A stretch of DNA of 64,000 nucleotides from Eledone cirrhosa (Eukaryota). The notes under the pieces are model-generated. The model searched no databases, was not told the DNA's origin, and saw only the letters and a program-made list of their open reading frames with translations. The stretch is taken from contig OZ024759.1 in NCBI GenBank assembly GCA_964016885.1, positions 14,260,001 to 14,324,000 on the forward strand. The letters run 5' to 3'. Shown piece after piece: positions 1 to 11,734 of this stretch; position 1 is the stretch's first letter; every line of letters starts with the position of its first letter. A program made the position numbers and the translations under genes.

Positions 1-100
1 ACGGCTGAGCTCAAGCCGTTTCGACGGCTAATTCTGGACTCGAAACGGCTTGTGCTCAGCCGTCGGGGTCTTACTGGTTCCTATATATATATATATATAT

Positions 101-154
<54 letters not shown>

Positions 155-353
155 TTATATATATAATTACGGTAAACATTGATGCAATTCATTCAAGCAC
201 TCAACATATTTTTTCCACACAAGAAAAACAGATTATATTTAGAATAGGAAAATGCTGTGATACATATTTCAATGATGTGATACATATTTCAATAAAGGAA
301 TTTAACATCTGAAACTACTTTGCATTTTTCTATTCTATATATATATATTTTCC

Positions 354-446
<93 letters not shown>

Positions 447-614
447 TGTTCGGTAAACCCATACGTACATATATATATATATGTGTGCATGTATGTATAT
501 ATATACATACTACTGTATGTCTGTATACATATATGTATGTACGTATACATACATACTTACATTTAAGTACCAGCTGTACTAAGAGTGAGAAATGAAATTT
601 CGTTTCATTCTTTT

Positions 615-665
<51 letters not shown>

Positions 666-984
666 TAGATAGATATGTTAGATAGATAAATATGTAGATG
701 GACAGATAGATAGATAGATATGTAGATGGATAGATAGATAGATAGATATGTAGATGGATGGATGGATATCATCATCATCATTTTACGTCCGCTTTTCCCT
801 GCTTGCAAGGGTGGAACGGATAGATAGATAAATAGATACATAGACAGATAGATATGTAACTAGATAGGTAGATAGATAGATAGATAGATAAATTGATAGA
901 TAAATTGAGAAATAGACTGATACATAAATGAATGGATGGACAGATGGATGGATAGACATATGGACAAATAGATAGATAGATATG

Positions 985-1550
985 TTTCTTTATTTGCCAC
1001 AGGGGCATACAAAAATGGGACATTACAAGACGTGACGGCGGGGTTTTTTACATAAAAATCATATAACTTTAACATTAATAAATAACAATAAACTATATAT
1101 AATAAAATAACAATTGAAATCCCCAATAAGGGGGGAACGTTATTGCAGGGTTGTTTTACACCCCGTGGATAGAACAACCCTCAACACCAGGAACACGTTT
1201 TGTAGGGGTTCCCATCTTCCCTCTGTTTATCATCCTCAACCTACAGGTTTATATACAGAGAAGGCCCATTCACTCGGGCCATTTTCGCCACATTCACCCA
1301 CCTTTCAGCAAATTTACTGGGGTGTAGCACCTCTCTCTCCACTCTCACCTTCCTTCTGAAGTGATACTTAAAGAAGGGGATAAATTGTTGTCCGGAGAGA
1401 AAGGTGCTTGCCCTCAGTCCTTTTAACCTCGTCCACCATATTACCTCTTTCGCCATAGCCTCCAGACAGAGGAAAACTGCCTCTCCTTCATTCTTAAATG
1501 AAGGCGGTGGGGTGATCCTCACGATGGACTCGGCTGACAACTGGAATTGT
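985..1550 (-). mobile_element. Tx1/L1-like LINE 3' fragment, subfamily A
   Basis: Encodes AKEVIWWTRLKG...FAERWVNVAK, near-identical to 54137-54433; ends aataaagaaa into (TATC)n. Confidence 0.8.
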
Positions 1551-1660
1551 GGATTTGTTGCCACTTTTCGCCTCTGCCACTCGGATCCAGCTAACAGCTT
1601 TGGGTCCCTTGTTTCTTAGAGCACGTGTTCTAGCTAGATAGATAGCTAGATAGATATTGG

Positions 1661-1790
1661 TTTAACCCTTTAGCATTTAAACCGGCTATATCCGGCCAGA
1701 ATTCTTTCACCTCTTTCTATTCAAACCGGCTGTAACTGGCTGCTCGTACTGGTGTTAAGGTATTCTCAAAATAAATAACATCAAAATCTC
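1661..1790. mobile_element. Possible piggyBac-type MITE end
   Basis: Starts TTAA-CCCTTTAGC; the partner TIR was not found. Confidence 0.3.
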
Positions 1791-1986
1791 ATAGATTCCA
1801 TATTATGTAAAGGAACCACTCCCATCTACATTGTCTATATTGTCCAAAAACTTTGATCAACTGATCTTATTGAAGTTATCCTCTTGCATGTTGTTTTTAA
1901 ATTATAGAATATTGATTAAGGGAGTTTTTCTCTACTAATTGCTAATAATCAGTTTTTCAACTAATAATCAAAGTTTTTCAACTGTA

Positions 1987-2240
1987 ACACAGGATGGATT
2001 ATACTTGGAATTCTAAAGGCTAGCCTTGTCACATGCTGTTTGATGCTGAATCTCCCTGAGAATTGCGTTAAGTGTACATATATCTATGGAATACTCAGCC
2101 ACTTGTAATATAACACAAGATGGATTATACCTGAAATTCTAAAGGCCACCCTTGTCACATGCTGTGTCATGTTGAATCTCCCTGACAATTACGTCAAGGT
2201 TAAATGTGGCTGTGGAATGCTCAGTCACCTACACATTAAT
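1987..2240. repeat. Two diverged tandem copies (about 126 bp) of an interspersed repeat
   Basis: acacaRgatggattatac...aattctaaaggc...ccttgtcacatgctg...gaatctccctga occurs at about 1987 and about 2113. Confidence 0.6.
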
Positions 2241-3011
2241 TTAATGAGAACAGGCTGTCAAACTGTTGCTCAAACAACTGGAACATTCATCGTCGAAACT
2301 GACCCATCAAATATTTATTTTTAATATATAAAATGCATCTCCCCACCACACACACCTCTGAGGTGTTTTCCTTCAGCTCAGTTGTTTATTCCTGATAAAA
2401 GTTTGGATACCGACATTGAAAACATTTTTAAACACATACACACACACAAACAAGAATACACACGCACACAAGTGTAGATACATACACAATTATACACACA
2501 CAAGCATACATACACATATAATGAACAATAAGTTAAACATTAAAGAAACTCCTACTTAATACACTCCTCACTTACATACCAGAATTATATATTGGCAGAG
2601 TGACAAAAGGTGATTTTATCAAGAGATCGACAGTCGATCAACTTTCGTCAATTCGGACCAAGGAAACACTGTTTCCATTGGTCTTTCCAATTGCTAGTAT
2701 TATCTATCGGTCGCAACTCCAGGTAGAAAGAGCAAAGCAAAATAAAGTGTCTTGCCCAAGGACATAACGCATTGCCCGGTCGGGAATCGAACTCACTACC
2801 TTGTGATTGCGAATCTAATTCTCTAATCACTCAGCCACATGCCTTCACTGAAGAGATATTTAAAATTATGGTATTTTTTTAATTTGGTAGAGAGAAAATA
2901 GTACAGAGGAAAGAGTTGTGTTGTGATACAGCTGTGTTATAGTTATGTTACATTTGCTTTTCATCTTTTGGGGGGAGGGGTGTTGGCGGTGGTGGGTTTG
3001 GGGGATCATAC

Positions 3012-3170
3012 TATCCTCTAGGGAAACACATCCGTTCTGTCACCGAGGCCGTGGGGCGTCCAGCACGTGGGATCCCATTTGCTCATAATAGTGAGAAATG
3101 GGGAGGGCGAGAGAGATCGAGGCAATGACAGTGGGAGTTCGGCTTCTCTGTGTGTTCGGACCTGGTGTAC
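3012..3170 (+). mobile_element. CRE-like retrotransposon 3' fragment
   Basis: Matches the reverse complement of about 62670-62830 (ggggcgtccagcacgtggga...catttgctcataata). Confidence 0.7.
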
Positions 3171-3394
3171 GTGTATGTGCATGCTTACTGTCTTATCATA
3201 TAGACATATTTATGAATCTAGAACCAGTTATGTACTGGGGTCAATATAATCGACTTTGCCCTCCCCAAAAAATTGTTGGCCTTGAGTCTAAACTAGAAAC
3301 AATTATTTTTTTAAATATAATATTTCATTTCCTATAGAAATATCAAAGGCTTTGATCCAAAGTTCAATTGTCCCTCTGGATAGATATCTGTCTA

Positions 3395-3603
3395 AGCCTA
3401 AAGTTTCAAGCCAGGAGGCTCATCAGGTAGAAGAAACTGAAAGTTCAAGACTTCCCCAGGACAGGACGCCAGTCCATTGCAGGGTTAAACCCCCAGCTAT
3501 TGCTGGTACTCATTTTCAGCTGAGTATACTGGAGCAATGGAATCGAACCCACAACATTATGATCATAAGTCCAACACCCTTACTACTAAGCCATGCGCCT
3601 TCA
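3395..3603 (-). mobile_element. tRNA-derived CORE-like SINE (family 2)
   Basis: Head gaaggcgcatggcttagtagtaagggtgttgg with B box ggttcgattcc. Related copies at 2700-2846(-), 15097-15190(+), 16130-16277(-), 48915-49200(+), 50726-50985(+). Confidence 0.7.
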
Positions 3604-4446
3604 CACCTGGTCAAAGTAGTCACTTCGTTTGCTAGAAATAACAGCTGAAGTATTACTCCCCTCTGAAACCACACCTTAGCATCTTGAAAAGGGAAGGAAG
3701 GACATCCTATTAATCATGTGTAAATGGAGATAAGTACTTTACAGCTTTTTAAGGATGATGGTATAGTTTCGTTTTACAAAAACTGAGAGATCATAAACTA
3801 TGTTACATACTTAGGGTCTCAAATAATCGCCCCCCTCCCCTCGCTTATTAATTTTTCAGATTTTTTTCCCACCCCTTCCCCATTCTTATTCCAACCCGCT
3901 CCCACTTCTTAAATTTTGCTTATCTATCTCCAGCAAAATTTTATTTTAAATGGTAGCATTACTGCAACAATTAATTTTCTTTTTACATTAAAAATTCATT
4001 ATACATGACAAAAAAAGTACATTACAAGAAATTCCATATGCTATAAAATAAACAGGATGGGTTGGGGGTCTCAATATGTAAACTAAATGACTAATTCTGA
4101 TTTTTAAAAAAAATCAACAGAGACAACCTAGAAAAATTACCAGCCCTCACTCATTATTTGGGATTTGAGAGTATGTTACATACAACCAGTCAATCTCATT
4201 GAATATGTAATGTTCCAGACAACCAATCAATAAAATTCAGTATCAAAAAATGTCTAATTTTTTCAAATGACTTCATATTTTATCTTAATTAGTCCTTTTG
4301 ATAGCAAATTAGTCCTTTTGATAAGCAGTTCAAAAAGTCTTATTATGGCAGGAGCGCTTAGAGAAGTTGATCCATAATGGAGGCAAATGGTAGTCTATAG
4401 GGTGAAAGCAGTGATTCTTTGCTTAAACTTTAATAAATATATATAA

Positions 4447-4485
<39 letters not shown>

Positions 4486-4735
4486 GGCTTCTACAGGACT
4501 ACTACTCTTTCATTCGGGAGAAATCATCAGGAAGCCCATATATATATAATAGTAGAACACTGGAGGGTTATATCCATAGTAGTAGAGCACTCAGTCCATG
4601 GGATGAGTTTGGTAGAAGTAGTTCCACAACAGTTAGTTCACCATATCGAGAACAAATGTTTCACCTTATGCAAATCCTTATTCAGACTTATTCAGACCGA
4701 GCTGAATATCCGCAAGGTGAAACAATTGTTCTCAC

Positions 4736-6293
4736 CTAGGTAGCAGAAGCTGTTTCTACAGAGCCCTCCCAGAGATTGGTGGTACTTGTTTCCTGTGGCT
4801 GTTTGCTGCTTGCTGTCCCAACACAGCTGCTGCATGTGAAGCCTACATTCTTAATTAAGCTTCCTGAGGTCCCGCTACATCTCTTGTGTACCCATTGTTT
4901 GCATTTGGGGCAGAGAATGGAGTTCCTACCTACACCTTTCCTACATACTGAGCAAGGCCATTTCCCTGAGGGAATCTGGGTTCTGTTTTCTCGTCTACTT
5001 ACAAGGACCTTTGTCTTTGTCATGTTGACTTTGAGACCCTTTCTTTCTAGTCCCTGCTTCCAAGTTTGGAATTTCTTCTCTAGTTCTACCATAGATTCAG
5101 CTATAAGTGCGAGGTCATCAGCATACAGGAGTTCCCATGGGCATCCGGTCTTAAACTCCTCCGTTATTGCCTGCAGGACTATGATGAACAGGAGGGGGCT
5201 AAGAACAGAGCCCTGGTGGACCCCAACCTGTACGCTAAATTCCTCGCTATACTCACTGCTAATCCTAACTTTGCTGACTGCTCCCCTATACATGGCTTGT
5301 ACCGCTTTCACAAGCCATTCATCTGCTCTTAGTTTTCTAAGAGCCCACCAGATTACAGCACGTGGAACTCTGTCAAAGGCTTTCTCAAGGTCGACAAATG
5401 CCAGGTAGAGTGGCTTACTTTTAGCTAGGTACTTTTCCTGTAACTGCCTGACAAGGAAGAGGGCATCAGTGGTGCCTCTTCCTGGTACAAACCCAAATTG
5501 CATCTCGTCTAGTTTCACCCGGTCCCTAATCAACTGTGCTATAACTCTTTCTGTTACTTTCATGACCTGGTCCATGAGCTTTATACCTCTATAGTTTCCT
5601 CTATCTAGTGCATCACCTTTACCTTTGTAGCAGTTGACAATGATGCTACTGCACCAATCTTTTGGTATGACACCTTCTAGTATTACCTGGTTAACAATAC
5701 GTGTGGTTATAGTGTGACCTACAGACCCAGATGCCTTCAGCATCTCGGCAGCTATACCCGATGGACCGGTTGCCTTCCCCATCTTCATATCTTTGATTGC
5801 CTTACTTACTACCTTGCTGCTGACTTGTACTGCTGAACCCTCTATAGGGTCTACTTAGGGTAGGGTCTCTTCTTCCCATGCATTCTCCTCATTTAGTAAT
5901 CTATCTTAATGACTCTTCCATGCATCTTTCTTCTCAGCACTTGTGAGGGCAAGCTCACCTTTATCATTCTGGATACACTTCTCTCCAATGATATCACAAT
6001 TCTCTCTGACACACTGCCTTGCAATCTTGAACACCTCCTGCTTCTGGTCCTCACGTTGCAAAACATGCTTGAATTTTCTATCCTCTGCTTCCCTCCTAAC
6101 TAAGTATACTTGTCGCCTAGCTTCCCTCTTGGTCTCTATGTAATGTACCCTGCTCCCCCCGTTTTTCCATTCTTTCCATGCCTGTCTCTTGGCCTTAACT
6201 GCCTCATTTACCTTATTGTTCCACCACCAAGTCACTCTCCTCCTGCTTGAGGTCTTACTCCAGCCACAAACCTCATCCGTCGCCTCTAGTAAG
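4736..6293 (-). mobile_element. RTE-clade LINE fragment (RT domain with PHD-like finger), with premature stops
   Basis: 350-aa ORF with QFGF, FVDLEKAFD, GVHQGSVLSP and LYADD, then WPCSVC...CPKC..WVHKRC...CSSC; upstream TWWWN linker. Confidence 0.92.
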
Positions 6294-6319
6294 TTATTAT
6301 ATATATATATATACAAGTG

Positions 6320-6360
<41 letters not shown>

Positions 6361-6824
6361 TATATAAAGCAGCCTATCAGCTGTATTGCAGATTAGCATT
6401 ATAACTGGTGGAAGTCATGGGCCACCCTTCATCTCACTTTTGGGCTGCTGAGCCACTCCCCCATCTGCACCCCCAGACGGAATGACTCTTTAGAGCTCTT
6501 GCTTTTCAGATCTCTGACCTATAAGAAGCTCGGGTGGGGACGGCTAGAGCTCCTTTGATCATATGTTTGTATCGATTAGAGATGAGCTGGACCTCAACAA
6601 TAATAATATCAACACTAATATCTGAGCCAACGACGAAACCACCACCTGGTCACCTGGCATGCTAGAAATAGCAGCCACCACCATCTTAACAACAAGAAGG
6701 TCGCTAGTGGAAATAGTAGCGAAATCTCCCTCAACCGATACTAGGAAAGGTACACATTAGACAGTGTAAGCTTATACACCAATAAACATATGGGGTATAT
6801 ATATTCTGTAAAGACATGCATTAT

Positions 6825-6860
<36 letters not shown>

Positions 6861-7827
6861 TCTGTATATACATGCATTACAGGGGCGATGGAAGCATTTC
6901 TGAATTGGGAATGCCAAATTTGGTCAATTTAGTTGCATTGATTTGTTTAGCTGTTATTATCAAATATCAACCAAGATATAAAAAAAAACTTCGATATGCG
7001 ATAAACATAACATGTACACAAATTATAGTGCATATACAGATAGAGGTGTGTTTTGGTAGTTTGGGGAGTAAATATATAATTATTGAGTGTATTGGCAGTA
7101 TCAGTAGAGGGTCGGACGCCATGCTTTGCAGCATAGAATTACGTCCCTTTACGTTCTGAGTTCAAATCCTGCTGAGGTTAACTTTGCCTTTCATCCTTAC
7201 GGGGGTCCATAAAATAAAGAACTAGTAATGCACTGGGATAAATGCTGGCCTTGTGCCAAAAATAGAAACAATTATATATATATATGTGTGTGTGTGGGTG
7301 CGTACGTGCGTGTGTATGTATAATTATGTATATATATATTTATATAGCAAATGTATATAGTACTCTTACCTTCAACGAAGTCTTTAAAACAACACTGTAG
7401 CTTCTGTTCTTGCACTCTTTCTACTTTTCTCTGCGTGCCCTTCTCTTTCTCTCACATACGTCCCCCTCTCTCTCAGTTACCCATCCTTTCTCTTTCTCCC
7501 TCTGTCTCAGTTTCTTTCTCTCATATACACCCCCCCCCTCTGTCTGCTACTGTGTCCTCTTTCTCTCACATACCCCCCCCCCTCTCTGTCTGCTACTGTG
7601 TCCTCTTTCTCTCAGATACACTCCCCCTTCTCTGTCTGCTAATGTGTCCTTCCCCCCCCCCCCACATACACACCTTCTCTCTACCTTACATACACACCCT
7701 CCCTGAATCTAACTTTCTTCCTCTCTCACTCCCACAACCATCTATGTATCTTATTACATCTCTATTCCTCTACTCCACTAAAAGACTTTATATATATAAA
7801 TATATCTGGGACGAACTTAAAACGGTC

Positions 7828-8563
7828 AACTGGAAGGTAGTTCTTCTAGGGACTGGGAGGTAGTTCTTCGAGGAACTGGGAGGTAGTTCTTCTAGGGACT
7901 GGGAGGTAGTTCTAGGAACTGGGAGGTAGTTCTTCGAGGAACTGGGAGGTAGTAGTTCGAGGGACTGGAAGGTAGTTCTTCTAGGGACTGGAAGGTAGTT
8001 CTAGGGACTGGAAGGTAGTTCTTCTAGGGACTGGAAGGTAGTTCTTCTAGGGACTGGAAGGTAGTTCTAGGGACTGGAAGGTAGTTCTAGGGACTGGAAG
8101 GTAGTTCTAGGGACTGGGAGGTAGTTCTAGGGACTGGAAGGTAGTTCTAGGGACTGGAAGGTAGTTCTAGGGACTGGAAGGTAGTTCTTCTAGGGACTGG
8201 GAGGTAGTTCTAGGGACTGGAAGGTAGTTCTAGGGACTGGAAGGTAGTTCTAGGGACTGGAAGGTAGTTCTAGGGACTGGAAGGTAGTTCTTCAAGGAAC
8301 TGGAAGGTAGTTCTAGGGACTGGGAGGTAGTTCTAGGGACTGGGAGGCAGTTCTAGGGACTGGGAGGTAGTTCTAGGGACTGGAAGGTAGTTCTAGGGAC
8401 TGGGAGGTAGTTCTTCGAGGGACTGGGAGGTAGTTCTAGGAACTGGGAGGTAGTTCTTCTAGGGACTGGGAGGTAGTTCTTCTAGGGACTGGGAGGTAGT
8501 TCTTCGAGGGACTGGGAGGTAGTTCTTCGAGCGACTGGAAGGTAGTTCTTCTAGGGACTGGGA
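7828..8563 (+). repeat. G-rich minisatellite, 20/23-bp unit GGGACTGG(A/G)AGGTAGTTCT(TCT)A
   Basis: About 35 directly visible tandem units. Confidence 0.95.
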
Positions 8564-9339
8564 GTCTTTGAATAAATAAGCGAATAAAATCACAAACAAA
8601 TAAATAATCAAGATAAGTAGATAGTTAAGTAAAAAATGCGATGAATTTAGTTAATCGTTTGTTGCTGCCAAGGAGTGCTGCTTCACATGTGTGTGTGTGG
8701 GTGGGTGTCTTAGTGGCTGTGTGTGTGTATGCGTCTGTGTATGTGTGTTGTCTATGTGTGTGTGTATCTGTGTGAGTGTATGTGTGTGTGAGTATGGATG
8801 CTTGACTGTGCGTGTGTGTGTTTGACTGAGTGTGTCTGTGTGAGTATGGATGCGTCACTCTGTGTGTGTGTGTGTCTGTGTGTGATAATGGGTGTTTGAC
8901 TGTGTGTGTATGGGTGTTTGACTAAGTGTGTGTGAGTGTGTCTGTGTGTGTGAGTATGGATGCTTGACTGTATGTGTGTTAATGTATGGGTATGTATAGG
9001 TGTTTGACTAAGTGTGTGTGTGTGTGTGTATATGGGAGTGTATGTGTGCTCAATGTGTGCATCCATGCATGAAGTAGTCATCATGTTATTACAGAGTAGT
9101 AAACTACCTAAGTCTCTCTTTCTCTCTTCGTCTCCCCCTCCTGCACTCTCTTTCCCTTCATTAACTCACTTCACTGTATCCACCCTCTCTCTCTTTCTCC
9201 CTTGCTCCCTCTCTCTCACACATACACATACACATGTACACACATATGTACACAGGAGTCCTTACAAAGCAAATAATTGAAGTACTTGATCCAGGTCAAG
9301 CTGATATTAGGCTTGGACCAGATGTGAAGCCAGAAGTTA

Positions 9340-9590
9340 TAAAACATGGGCACAGGCCAGATGTAAAACACAGGCCCAGACCAGATGTAAAACATAGACC
9401 CAGGCCATACGTAAAACATAGGTCCAGACCAGATGTAAAACATAGACCCAGGCCATACGTAAAACATAGGTCCAGACCAGATGTAAAACAGGCCCAGACC
9501 AGATGTAAAACATTGGCCCAGACCAGATGTAAAACATAGGTCCAAAACAAATATAAAACACAGGTAGAGGCCAGATGTAAAATGTAGGTT
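9340..9590 (+). repeat. 24-bp minisatellite (CAGGCCCAGACCAGATGTAAAACA)
   Basis: About 10 units; reads HRPRPDVK repeats on + until a 2-nt slip. Confidence 0.9.
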
Positions 9591-9939
9591 CCCAAAGTTG
9601 ATAAACAGGCCCAGGATGCATAAAATTATTCTGGAAATTTTCTGGATAAATATTAACACTTATTCATTCCACTTCCATATTTCTAATGAAAGACATTGCC
9701 TAAGGTTTTCATGGATGACTTAGAGTTAAATACTGTCCTGCTTTTGTTGTTGCTACTATTGTGTATGTGTGTGTATGTATGTATGTGTGTGTGTACGTGT
9801 GTATGTATGTATGTATGTATGTGTTATTATGTGTAGGTATATGTATGTATATATGTGTATGAGTGTTTGTGTTCCTATACAATATTTTGAGCTCTGTGAG
9901 CAAAGTCCACCCTGAAGAAGTCAAATATAAGAAGAGTCA

Positions 9940-10690
9940 AGGTTGTGGTGGTGGTGATGATGATGATGATGTTGATGTTGTTAGTGGCGATGATGTTGAT
10001 GATGATGGTGTTGTTGTTGTTAGTGGTAATGATGATGATGATGATGGCGCTGTTGTTGTTAGTGGTGTTGATGTTGTTGTTGCAGTGGTGTTGTGGTAGT
10101 GATGTTGTGGTAGTGATGTTGTGGTAGTGTTGTTGTGGTGGTGGTGTTGTGGTAGTGTTGTGGTGGTGGTGTTGTGGTAGTGTTGTTGTGGTGGTGGTGT
10201 TGTGGTAGTGTTGTTGTGGTGGTGGTGTTGTGGTAGTGTTGTTGTGGTGGTGTTGTGGTGGTGGTGTTGTGGTGGTGGTGTTGTGGTAGTGTTGTTGTGG
10301 TGGTGGTGTTGTGGTAGTGTTGTTGTGGTAGTGTTGTTGTGGTAGTGTTGTTGTGGTAGTGTTGTTGTTGTGGTGGTGTTGTGGTGGTAGTGTTGTTGTG
10401 GTAGTGTTGTTGTTGTGGTGGTGTTGTGGTGGTGGTGTTGTGGTAGTGTTGTTGTGGTGGTGGTGTTGTGGTAGTGTTGTTGTGGTAGTGTTGTTGTTGT
10501 TGTGGTGGTGTTGTGGTAGTGTTGTTGTGGTAGTGTTGTTGTGGTAGTGTTGTTGTGGTAGTGTTGTTGTTGTGGTGGTGGTGTTGTGGTAGTGTTGTTG
10601 TGGTAGTGTTGTTGTTGTGGTGGTGTTGTTGTGGTGGTGGTGTTGTTGCTGTTGTTGTGGTGTTGTTGTTAGTTTTACTGTGTTATTGTT
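9940..10690. repeat. Degenerate triplet microsatellite (GAT/GTT/GTG/GTA)
   Basis: Direct inspection. Confidence 0.95.
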
Positions 10691-11119
10691 GGCAGTAATG
10701 CTGTTTGTGTTTCTGTGATGATATGTGTATATGTGGGAGTGTGGTGTGGCATGTGGGAGTGTATAGTATGTGTGTGTGTGTGTGGTGTAGTGTATGTCTA
10801 TATGGGTGTGGTTTATGTGTGTGTGGTGTATGTGTGTATGTATATATGTATGTGTGTAGTGTGCATATATATGTGTGTAGCATAGTGTCATGTGTGTGTA
10901 TGCTTGTGTGTGTATGCTTGTATGTATATGTGTGTGTATGTTTGTGTCTGTATGTTTATGTGAATATGTGTGTGTATGTTTATGTGTAAATGTGTGTGTA
11001 TGTGTGTGTGTGATACAGATTACTAAAAGTCTGCTCTATTGTTGTGGCTATACATACTTAACATAGCATCACTTAACCACACTAGCTCTCTCTCTCTCCC
11101 CTTCTCTCTCTGTATGACA

Positions 11120-11495
11120 GTGTTTGTGTGTGTATATATGTATGTATATCACTGTTTGTGTGTGTACATGTATGTATATATGTATGTATGTCACTGTTTG
11201 TGTGTGTGTATGTATGTATATATGTATGTATATCACTGTTTGTGTGTCTATATGTATGTATATATGTATGTATGTCACTGTTTGTATGTGTATATGTATG
11301 TATATATGTATTTATATCACTGTTTGCGTGTGAATATGTATGTATATATGTATTTATATCACTGTTTGCGTGTGAATATGTATGTATATATGTATGTATA
11401 TCACTGTTTGTGTGTGTATATGTATGTGTATATGTATGTATATATGTATGTATATCACTGTTTGAGTGTGTATATGTATGTATATATGTATGTAT
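11120..11495. repeat. About 42-bp minisatellite built on TG/TATG (tatcactgtttgtgtgtgtatatgtatgtatatatgtatgta)
   Basis: cactgtttg anchor recurs at about 42-bp spacing. Confidence 0.85.
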
Positions 11496-11543
11496 ACCTG
11501 TCTAACCTATGCTAGTGTGGAAAATGGACGTTAAGCAATGATA

Positions 11544-11588
<45 letters not shown>

Positions 11589-11734
11589 GTGGTGATGAAG
11601 ATGATGATGATGATGATGATCAGTGTTTGTGTGTATGTATAAATGTGTGTACATGTATGTATATCAATGTTTGTGTGTGTGTGTATGTATATACCAAAAA
11701 GTGATGTTGAGCCCGAATAGCTAGTCAGCCAAGT

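Noticed and set aside
52-1023. YI/IYLS/VCMY-type ORFs throughout the window
   Set aside because: Translations of (TA)n, (TATC)n, (TATG)n and (CA)n microsatellites.
4736-5788. Functional or domesticated reverse transcriptase gene
   Set aside because: Truncated at both ends, upstream in-frame stops, and several decayed paralogous copies in the window.
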